64,000 nucleotides of DNA, taken from the NCBI GenBank assembly GCA_002269645.1, contig NIVC01002501.1:1-64000 (forward strand). Direction: 5' to 3'. This DNA comes from Macrostomum lignano. Taxonomy: Eukaryota. Numbering within the stretch: position 1 is the first letter of the stretch; each line of letters begins with the position of its first letter. Under the pieces are notes generated by a model. The model searched no databases and was not told the DNA's origin. It worked only from the letters and a program-made list of their open reading frames with translations. Position numbers and translations under genes: made by a program. Positions 48,200 to 58,386 of this stretch are shown here, one piece after another.

Positions 48200-48272
48200 T
48201 GTGACTGCACTTGGAATCGAGCCTGGGTCGCTGGCACACCAGAGCCTGCGCTAGACCTCTAGCTACGGCCCC
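48200..48272 (-). mobile_element. tRNA-like SINE head
   Basis: Minus strand GGGGCCGTAGCTAGAGG...GGCTCGATTCC shows A/B-box-like motifs; no full cloverleaf. Confidence 0.4.
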
Positions 48273-48482
48273 CTTCCAGTTTCACCATCCTATTATCACG
48301 GTTTTAGTCACATGCAAGATGCAACAGTAATACCCTTCTTTTAAAGTTTTCAATATCTAAAATTCTGTGTTAAATTTTATAAAATTTCATAAACAGTGAA
48401 ATTTTAATAACTCTCTACGTGCTGGTGGTTTGAAAGTAGCTACTTTTGTTCGAAAATAAACTGTCATTAATACCGTACCTAT

Positions 48483-50218
48483 TAGGGAATACAATCCCGG
48501 GTTCCCGGGATCCCGAAATCCCGGGATTAGGCCCATTAGGCCCACAATTGTCCGGGATTCGAAAATCCCGGGATTGCACCATCGGGATCCCGATCCCGGT
48601 TCGCAGTAATTCAATCAATCATTCTCGAGTAGTAGAGTATCTGCAGCTGAGCTATTTGTCACGTGAAGATCATCACCCATTTGTCTTGCTTTGTCTTGTC
48701 TTGCATATGGTACTCGCAGACTAATGTAATTATTATTCAAAAACCTGTGAACAGAGCCTAAGCCCTAAAGCAATGCATGTAGAAGCGAATTCCTCATCGT
48801 TTCCGATCGCAGCGATGACGCTGGCCAAACGGGAGTCAAATTATTGTTCATTTGAACTCTCCCTCTTCTCAAACCCATGCAGCTAAAATCAAGGGGTCTC
48901 GACCTTGCACAGATCAGAAGCCCCCTATGCGACAGACCTCATTCTCAGCACCCTTTAGATTGCCCAGCATGCAGCAAAGGGGTGATGACAGAACTACTTT
49001 AAGCAGTCGATACCTTAAAACTCCTTGGCCGTAGTTGGGATTAGAACAGTGAGACCTTGCTATCCGAATAACCCAAGCTACCATGCAATTCTCCATCTAG
49101 GGCGGGAGGGGGAGGTCTGAGTCTGGACTCTGATCCCCTTCTAACTTGTTATCAGTACCTCGGGCCATAGCTCTGCTGTAGGCTATCATTCCCCAGGTTA
49201 CATCAAAATCGAGTGTGATTTTCCTGAGCTGATACTGGCATGTAAAAAAGCACGTCCATTACGCCAGCCCGTACATCACACTCTAATTCAGAGCTCACTG
49301 TCAGTTTCTTGTTTGCAAAATATTTTATTCTCTTCTACTTTATTATTAAAAGCCCATTAAAATCAGGTTAGATGGCTTCGAAAGCCAAATTTGCACCAAC
49401 AAAGATGGGAAACTTTTTCAATTCCGGGATCCCGGGATCCCGCGATTGGCAAAGTCCGGGATATCCCGATCCCGAGAATCCCGGGATTTTCAAAGTCCGG
49501 GATATCTCGATTCGGAAAATCCCGGGATGGGCAAAACTCGGGATTTTGTATTCCCTACTCGAGACCCCCTGACTTTAGCTGGGTTTGAGATTGAGGAAGA
49601 GTTCAAATGAACAATGATTTGACACCCGTCTGGCAAGCTATAGCGCTGTGATAGGAAACTATGAGAAATTGGCTTCTATTGCTTTAGAGTCTAGACTCTG
49701 TGCACAGGTTTTAGAATAATATAGTCTGCGAGTACCATATGCATACAGTTGCACGTACATTATTACACCCGAAATCTCCTACGAACTGCCACAACTTCAG
49801 TTTTGTATCCCTGCAGCCCTAGCCTTCTCACTAGCCTGCATGCTAAAAATATTAATAAATCAAAAGCATGCCAACTGGGTTTATGATTTTTACCTGACAG
49901 GTAGCTCAGCTGCAGATACTATACTACTCGAGAATGAATGATTGAATTATTGCAAACCGGGATCGGGATCCCGATGGTCAATCCCGGGATTTTCGAATCC
50001 CTGACAAATGTGATCCCGGGATTCAGGCATAATCCCGGGTAGGGATTGCAAAATCCCGGTCTTCTGTCAATCCCGGGATTGTCGGGATCGGCATATCCCG
50101 GCCATGGATAATCCCGGGATTATCAATCCCGATAAATCCCGAGTATTTGTAATCCCGGGATCCCGGGATTGCAAACCCTAATCCCGGAATTTCGGGATCA
50201 CGGAATTGTATTTCCCTA
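48483..50218. mobile_element. Long-TIR (foldback-like) element of the TAGGG..CCCTA family
   Basis: Arms 48483-~48880 and ~49590-50218 are reverse complements (e.g. gagtagtagagtatctgcagctgagct / agctcagctgcagatactatactactc); many ATCCCGGGAT motifs; no clear TSD. Confidence 0.75.
50040..50180. mobile_element. 141-bp hAT-like MITE nested in the right arm of the long-TIR element
   Basis: TAGGGATTGCAAAATCCCGG..CCCGGGATTGCAAACCCTA with flanks ATCCCGGG/ATCCCGGA (7/8 match). Confidence 0.75.
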
Positions 50219-50304
50219 TCTATTATTATCGTTTCTTTTTTATATGACCTATGAAGCGTAAATAGTGTACTTTTCTAATTTTATTTTGTCATTGCGTTTG
50301 CGAG

Positions 50305-50870
50305 GGGGCATCACAAACCCGAAAAATCACAACTCCGAAAAGCGCTTTCCATCATAAACCTGAAATATCATATCATAAACCCGAAATATTATATCATAAA
50401 CCCGAAATATCATATCATAAACTCGAAATATCACAAACCCGAAATATCACAAACCGAAATATCATAACTCCGAAATTGATAGCAACGCACATCATAAACT
50501 CGAAAAATCATAAACCCGAAAAATCACAGCTCCGAAAAACAAAATAGCAACGCCCATCATAAATCCGAAATATCATAAACTCGAAATATCATAACTCCGA
50601 AAGTTCTAGCAATGTCCAACACTATTTTAGCTTTCGGAGTTGTGATTTTTCGGGTTTATGATATTTCGGGTTTATGATGGGCCCTGCTATTAATTTCGAA
50701 GTTGTGATTTTTCGGGTTTATGATATTTCGGGTTTGTGATGTGCGTTGCTATCAATTTTGGAGTTATGGTATTTCGTGTTTATGATGGGCGTTGCTATTT
50801 TGTTTTTCGGAGTTATGATATATCGGGTTTGTGATATTTCGGGTTTGTGATATTTCGGGTTTGATGGGTT
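50305..50870. repeat. Large imperfect palindrome of tcataaacccgaaata motifs (foldback/MITE-like)
   Basis: Left arm has the motif forward, right arm has tatttcgggtttatga; centre at ~50620. A fragment recurs at ~54003-54055. Confidence 0.8.
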
Positions 50871-52090
50871 TCGACCTTCCGGCCCCCTTGTGGGGAAGCT
50901 TTCGGGCCTCAGGTCTCAGAAATAAATCAATTAGAGTCCTGGCCCCCCACTCCTGTCAGATGGTCAGCCCCATGGTAGCTTGATCGTGTGGCGAGCAGTC
51001 TAGGTCCTATAGCTAAGAGAGGGACAGCGAGAGACAAGCAGGGAGAATTTTGAAAGAAGAAATTAGCTAATCCGCAGATCAACTAACTTGCTGCCACCAG
51101 CCCGTGCGCCCTGGCTCACCACACCGAGACTCTCGAAATCGGGCTTCCGACTAGAAGGGGCTTTGCACTTACCTGCCAACTAGTGTCTTTTTGCTGTCTA
51201 TCTCGAAGTCATAGCCGATGATAAGGGACACTGCTGGGACTAGATCGCATTGGCCATGCAGGTACAGAGGGGACTTGTGCAGCGGATTCTTGCAGTGGCG
51301 AGACTATGGGGTAGCTGCATGTACTATTACATTGCTAAATACGAAGAATTGTACTTTTGGCCTTCAACGCGCCAACTAGCCTCTCCTAGCGCTGATGATA
51401 GACTAACTCGAACTTCAGAGACCGCGTGATTCATTACCCGAGCCGCTTGGCGAACCTAGAGTGCACAAAGTACATCTCTGGCGCCGATTTTGCACTATTG
51501 GCAATTTTGCTCATTGATTTGATAGATTGATCGACTGAGAACTGCCTTGCCATTGGTCCACTGTGACCGGCGCCTACTAGCTTAGCTACTCATCTGAGCC
51601 ATCGGCGAACAAAGAAATAAAGCCGACAAAGATAACTGTTAGATTTAACCTTCTCCTTAGTTCACTTCACACTTCAGATTGAATTGGAGTTTAGACTACT
51701 AGCAGTATTATTGAATGACTTCTGCCTCAGCAACAGCACTACTGAACAAAGTGAGCAAAAGTGTGCGCCTAATTCAGCTACTGAAACAGGGGACAGATAA
51801 GGGATCACCCAATCAAGCAAGTCCAGGTAGCCTCTCACCCAACCAATCAGAAACTCAACAGCCGGAGACCATTCCACAGTGACCGAATCGGCTTGATGCT
51901 TCGCAGCTGTAGACTCGGGATGATGCTGACACAATCTTCGCTGATAGCTAGCAGGTGATGATCTTAACTTTGATGTTCGCTGCTGATGACCGGGGGACTC
52001 GTCCTTGATGATGAGGGGGGAAGTCGCAATCCGGGGATCAAGAAACGACGGTCGGGCTCCGGGAACCAGAAATGTCGGGAAGGTTCCTCC

Positions 52091-53246
52091 TGTGATAAAA
52101 GCAATTAGATAATAGCATGCACGGTGAGCAATTATTTAGGCCCTAGACAAACCTACTTGGAGCGTTCGAAGATTTTAAAGCTATTAATCCTAATCGCCTA
52201 TCGCCGGTCGGCGAGTCCTACCAGTCTTTCTCCAATAGCCGCAGGTACAGTACAAGAAAAGAAAGAACACGAGGGAACACAAACCGAAAGATTTAGAGAG
52301 TGATAATCCTATGTGATACAACTGATAATTGGCTAGACGATTTAATTTGATTACTTCAAGTTACAAGATTTAAATTCAAGCGGCGCAGATAATTAGAGTT
52401 GACAAAACGACAATATCGGTTAATAATAATAATAATTAGATTACGGAAACTGGCAAGCAGATCTCAGCTGAGAAAAAGAGGAAAAAAACCGGACACGACC
52501 ACGGAGAAGACTCCTAACCCCTGGCCTAAACCAGAACCTACTCTCAAACGAGAGCCCTGCCGAATCGACCGTTCAACGGAGTACCGACTAAATTCTATCG
52601 GCACTGCCCTTCAGTGTGACACTGAGGCCCTCGGAGTCGAGTGATCAGATCCGACAGTCTCTATCTAAACTGCGCTTGATAGCGACGACGTCAGACAAGG
52701 ATGCCGAATCGTTACGCTACAAGACTGAAGCGGTTGGGCGGGAACAAAACTATGGACCGGGGGTGACGAATCAAAACGCCTCAAAGCGCGAACCAAAGGG
52801 AAACAGGCCACCGGCCGGGAAGCTGGACAAAACCAAGAACCGGGAAAAGAAGGCGAGGCCAAACACACTTTCATATATAGCCAGAGTCACAACCCCTCAA
52901 AACCCCCTCAAGCCGGGTGGTGGTCGTCTGGCCGGCCGCTTGCTTAAGCCGAATTGCACTGTGCCCGCGGCGCCGGGTAGAATTGAAACTTGCCGCGTGC
53001 CAGGGTCCAGGCCGGTTCTGATTGGCTGGCTGCGCAAAGCTAGGGTTCGCAGACAAAAACTCAACCCTCCGCTGAGTCACAGTTGGCGTCTAACTTCTAA
53101 CCTGTTTACAATTTTAGATTTCAACCAACTAGAAAAAGTACACAAAAAACGCATGACTAAACTAGAGCAAAATAATAATCCAATAACAATAATGCAAAAC
53201 CTAACTAATAGAATACAAGGCTATCGCAAAAGATGCTCACACTACA
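52091..53246 (-). mobile_element. Solo LTR, family 2 copy 2 (1156 bp)
   Basis: tgtgat..actaca termini with its own 4-bp TSD CTCC; direct repeat of 41455-42632. Confidence 0.88.
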
Positions 53247-54439
53247 CTCCGCGGGAGAGCCGGTGCTCGGTCCGAGCGGGCCAAAAACACCGGTTTAAAT
53301 AGCCGCCAACTGGACCACAGTTTGTTATAATGGAACACGTCGATTCTGATTGGCTGAGCCGTTTTGTTAAAATGAGCGCCGAATTTTCTGATTGGCTAAG
53401 CTTGTTGCCACCCAGAATCACGTGACCGGGAGATCCTATCAGTTCCCACAGGGTCGTAAAAAGATGACAGGTGCGGCCATAAATCAATCAAAATCGCAAC
53501 AAAATGATTTATGACTTTTCGCGTAGGATTGACAGAAATTAATGAAAAAATATACATTAGAAAGCTCTTATTAAATAGAAGGTGAAGATAATGAAGAGAA
53601 ATCGCTAATCGCTAATCCCAAAGTACTTTTAGGGGTAAAACGCATAGCTGTCAAATCTGTCACACGCTTGAGTGAATCCGAACAATAGGCTCTGACCTCA
53701 TAAATTTTGATGGCCTGTCAAAATGATGAGAAAAACGCTACCGCCCGCATCCTCTCAGACCATCTGGCGCCCGCCTCAACACTGAGTGAGGCGCAGGTGG
53801 CTGTCAGACCAGCTTCGAAAGCGATGATTTATGACCCAAAAAGCTGCGCCTATGTTATTATGACTACTAGTATGGCCAGACATTATATCTAGTATAGATT
53901 CTATGACATTTCGCAGAGAAAGGATAAAGATGCCCATAGCCTGCTGTTAGTAGGCTAGTAAGTTTAGAGCCCATGTGCTTTGGGAAATAGTGCGTCCTCA
54001 TCAGGTTTATGATGGGAAGTGCTTTCGGAGTTGTGATTTTTCGGGGTTATGATGGCGAGGCGAACCGCGTTTGCGCGCTCGGGCCGGCCTGCCTGCCTTG
54101 TGGGGGGGGGTGCCCTTGGCCACTTTCTTCCCCTTCTTTTACAATCGAAACACAGCTTGCCGCAAGTGTACATTTAATTTTATCGATTGATTATTTAAAA
54201 CAAGCTTCTAGTGGTTGGTGTTAAGACTCAAGAGTGAGTGGCATTGAGTGTACCCGAAAGTTGAGAGGAAGCCCATGGGCGGACTATGAACCCTCCTGTT
54301 GTGGAAAGTTGGGCCTTGTGCATTGCATAGTGTACGCTACAAAGGATAGAAGGGAAGAGAAAGAGAACGATAGGATAGCCAATAGCGATAGCATGTGCTT
54401 CTCTCCAGTCCACTCCGGTGGGGGTGTCAGACGGCCCAC

Positions 54440-55260
54440 ACCTAATTTGGCGCCAGGATCACCAAATCGGCGCTAGGATCGCTGAATCAGCGCCGGAATG
54501 CTGAAATCAGCTCAAGAAAACCTAAACCAGCGCTAGAAAGCTCAAATCGGCACAGGATAGCTCAAATTGGCGCGGGAAAGCTCAAATTGGCGCTAGAAAG
54601 CTCAAATTGGCGCGGGAAAGCTGGAATTAGCGGCGAAAGTCAAATTTGGCGCCAGGATCACCAAATCGGCGTTAGGATCGCCGAATCAGCGCCGGAATGC
54701 TGAAATCAGCGCCAAAAAGCCCGGACCAGCGTTGGAAAGCTCAAATCGGCGCAGGATAGCTCAAATTGGCGCGGGAAAGCTCAAATTGGCGCTGAAAGTC
54801 AAATTTGGCGCCAGGATAACCAAATCGGCGCCATGATCGCCGAATTAGCGCCGGAATGTGAAATCAGCTCGAGAAAAACCTAAACCAGCGCTAGAAAGCT
54901 AAAATCGGCGCAGGATAGCTCAAATTTGGCGCCAGAATCATTAAATCAGCGCCGGTCGGCGCCAGGATCGCTGAATCAGCGCGGAATGCTGAAATCAGCG
55001 CCAAAAAGCCCGGACCAGCGCTGGAAAGCTCAAATCGGCGCAGGATAGCTCAAATTGGCGCGGGAAAGCTGGAATTGGCGCCGAAAGTCAAATTTGGCGC
55101 CAGGATCACCAAATTGGCGCCAGGATCCCCAAATCAGCGCTGGAATGTGCCAACGGGCGTAGAAGTGGCAGCATATATCAGCTTGCTACTTCTGGACGCC
55201 AAGTTTAATATACCGGCGCCAATTTCAGCCTTTGGGCGCCCATTTTAGCGCCCTGGCAAG
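54440..55260. repeat. Complex satellite of aaatYggcgc subunits with ~160-200-bp higher-order units
   Basis: The block tggcgccaggat recurs at ~54448, 54647, 54805 and 55097. Confidence 0.85.
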
Positions 55261-55579
55261 GTCAATGCATTTAGTTCTCACGCAATGGAGCCGAAAAAAT
55301 AGTTTTTTTCTTTTTTGAATTAGTGCCATGTATCTTGACAACCAATGCGAGTCAAGTTCTGGCATATCCTAACCATTGTGGGCTGGCCCGCGCTAAGGGA
55401 GCCCACCCCACCGTGGGGCGGACCCCGCTAACGGGCTTTTTTTAGCGTGGGATGGGCTCCGCTAACGGGCGGCCATAAACTGCGGCCCAAGCCCAACTCT
55501 ACTAACCCCCCATATTGCTAGACGGACTGTGCGGCGTGCCGCGTGCAGTAGTCATGGTCTCGCGACTCTCAGAGTCTCA

Positions 55580-55840
55580 GGGCCTTTTCATATTACCAAT
55601 TCCAGAACCAGAATCGGTTCGGAATTCGAAGAAAAACAGCAGTATAACTATTAAACTCTGTTAATATTTGACTGCCTTAACAGCCTCACTTAGCACAATT
55701 TTTCACTTTCTTCTTGGCGACTGTCATTCAATAATAAAAACTTTATAGCACGTATCTCCCTCTAGTTATGGAGACAAAAAGTTTATACTTCACAAATTGG
55801 TTCTTGTTCTGGAACCAGAGCAAGCAATATGAAAAGGCCC
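55580..55840. mobile_element. PIF/Harbinger-like MITE (261 bp)
   Basis: Perfect 15-bp TIR GGGCCTTTTCATATT/AATATGAAAAGGCCC with a 3-bp TSD TCA. Confidence 0.85.
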
Positions 55841-56027
55841 TCAGTCTCGTCTCGTGGTAGAAAACGAAAAAAAGTTAAAATTATCTATAATTTACAGTTC
55901 ACATTAACAATTTTTAGCTCAATTAGGACAGGAGCTTTGCAAATGTTTAACGTTTCATTGAGAAACAGCAAAAACAAATAAATGTTTTATTATTCAAATA
56001 AACGTTTAGACTTTAAATTATCTAATT

Positions 56028-56231
56028 TAGGCATTGAAAGGTCGTTCTAATCCCGGACCAATCCCGGGATTAAGGCCTTGAAATCCCGGGATCCCGATCC
56101 CGGTCTTTTGCAATCCCGGGATTAAAAATCCCGGGATTCGATTCCCAAAAAAATCCCGGGATTCAAATCCCGGATTTTTGGCCCCAATCCCGGGATCCCG
56201 GGATCCCGGGATCCCGGGATTGGAATCCCTA
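56028..56231. mobile_element. Short TAGG..CCCTA family MITE rich in ATCCCGGGAT
   Basis: Same terminal and subterminal motifs as the other copies; no TSD seen. Confidence 0.6.
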
Positions 56232-57213
56232 GTGGTCACCCCCTGGGGTTGGTCACCCCCTGAGGGTGGTGAGGGGTGGTCACCCGGGGGCAGCCCGCCC
56301 CCCCGCCCCCCCCTGCGCCGCCACTGGCTCTAGAGTCTAAACCATAATTGCTACACCATTTAACTTATTTGACTATTTGCTAACTTCATGTATGACACGA
56401 CACAAAATATTAGGAGCATCAGCGTTAATAATGCCTTGGAAGCTTCTAAATAATCGATACCACACTAAGCATTATAAGATTCCAACCTCAAAGCTCACTG
56501 GGGAACAGACTTTGAGCCCGTTCTATAAAGCCATCGTAAGATAAGATCGTTCTTAGCTCCCATCTCCGCAGTGTAAAAGTTCCGGCGTACGATCCAACTG
56601 ACGCTACGACAGCTTTATAGTACGACCCGTTTGTCTTCATTAACTAGTTTGCATTAACAGCGGGAGGTTGAACCTACATTTTCAGAATAACGAACGAACG
56701 AACGTAGATAAGAGACGGGCGGAACGGAGGATGGCGGACATGTACATGTTGATTGGTGGCCGAGGCATTGAACAATTAAAGATAAGGTGGATGGTTAGAC
56801 AGGGCCCAGGGGCAGATAGAGAAAGAAAAAGAGGGGAGCAAGTGCAGGCGCACTCGCAATAAAAATTTAGCGACAAGTCTTAGCCAGCACGTGCTAAAAT
56901 GCCTAGAGTGGAATTTCCAGGAAAGAAAGAAAAATAGATTTCTTGGAAATTCACATGTGAGGAAGACGCACTCACGCCCTTTGCAAGCACAGAGGAACGC
57001 AAGTTAAAACTGTTTTCGCTTCCCTGTCTAACCCCCACCCCCACCCCTCCACCCCATGGCAGGCCGTACGTACGCAGGGAAGGACCACCATAAATACAAG
57101 TAGTTGGGGCTGTTCCTCAGCCAGAAATTCCCCCTGTTCTCGCGACACAAAGTCTGCTGTCAGATTATTGCGAACGAATCGTTCAGCAACAGATCTCACC
57201 TAGCGAATTTGCA

Positions 57214-57671
57214 ATGGGTAAGTATATTATAATTTTATATTAAAAACTCACACAAATAATTAATAAAGGACGCTAGGAACTTGTTTATTCATAAGTCTAA
57301 GAAAAGAACCCATGCTTAAGAATTTAAAATTAGCTCGTAGTACAAGTGTGCATACCATAAACTGCTTTTATTACGTTCGCTTTGATTCAGCTATCCAGTT
57401 CGTCACCAAAGTCGCCCTGCTGGCTTTGCTGCTGATCGGCGGGCCGCAGCTGCAGGCCGAGGCCGGCATTATCGGCGCTGTGGCCAGCTACGGGGTCTGC
57501 CAGACCGGCTGCAACACCGTCTGGGTCGCCTGCGTGGCCGCCGCCGGAGGCGTTGCCGGGGTCTCCACGGGTGGCACTGCCGTGCCCGCCGCCATCCTGG
57601 CCTGCAACGCCGCCAACGGTGTCTGCATGGCCGGCTGTGCCTCCGTCACCCTCCTGGCCCCGACGCCTTGA
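57214..57671 (+). CDS. Small secreted Cys-rich hydrophobic peptide, copy B (94 aa); exons 57214-57217 and 57391-57671
   Basis: Same ATG-G|GTAAGT micro-exon and phase as copy A, 173-nt intron, signal peptide ending AEA. Mature region GIIGAVASYGVCQTGCNTVWVAC..ACNAANGVCMAGC. Confidence 0.88.
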
Positions 57672-58386
57672 CGCCGGACGAAGAGTTGTTAAAAATAACT
57701 GGATTGAAACTCAGTGTTTGGTTTGGTGGAAGTTTCATCTCTCTCCCTCTTTACTCGTAAATGTACTTTTATAATCCGACAGACCACTCACCTCAGTAAA
57801 ACAAAACAGCCAGTATGTCAATTCTCTACATGTCTGCGTTGTTTGTTTTTCTGCTGGCTATCTTTTACTCTAACAGTTCTGCTTAAGCCAGAACTAGCGT
57901 TTGCTATTTTGCCCTGCAGTTTATTCCAATTTTTCAAAAAAAGGACATGGTACCATCATTGAAAAACAAGTAGTTTCTTTTTACGATTTGCAGTCACTGC
58001 GGCTACTACTATTTGAGTAGTTAAAAAGGCCTTACTGACTTTATTTGAGCCGATTTTTTCCTCCGAGACAATTCAAGGACCTGTTTATGCGCAACTTGCA
58101 GTTTGAGCTTATTAGATGCTTTCATTGAGAACAAAGGCGTACCCTGGCTGGAGCTACATTCGTGCATAAACTGTCCACGAAAAATATTAAAAAATCAAAA
58201 TTCAAACTCTCGTCCGAGTTTCAGAGCAAAACGCAGGTGTCTATGCATGTACTAATAAGCAATTCACAAAAGCAAGTTTCATTCAGTTAACTACAGTACG
58301 TGAAACTGACTACAGTTACGAGCGTCTCAGGCTTGCTTTATAACGTTTCATTGTCTTCGCCCTCGCTCCTGCTGCTGCTGCTGCTG

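Noticed and set aside
50889-51671. Additional solo LTR (TGTGGG..TTCACA)
   Set aside because: Has TG..CA and an AATAAA, but no matching TSD and no second copy in the window.
41455-53246. One full-length LTR retrotransposon carrying the WSC gene as cargo
   Set aside because: Each LTR has its own matching 4-bp TSD (GGGC; CTCC), the outer flanks differ, and no gag-pol lies between them.
53970-54005. Second hammerhead (minus-strand CUGAUGAGGAC)
   Set aside because: No downstream GAAA core or stem II pairing.
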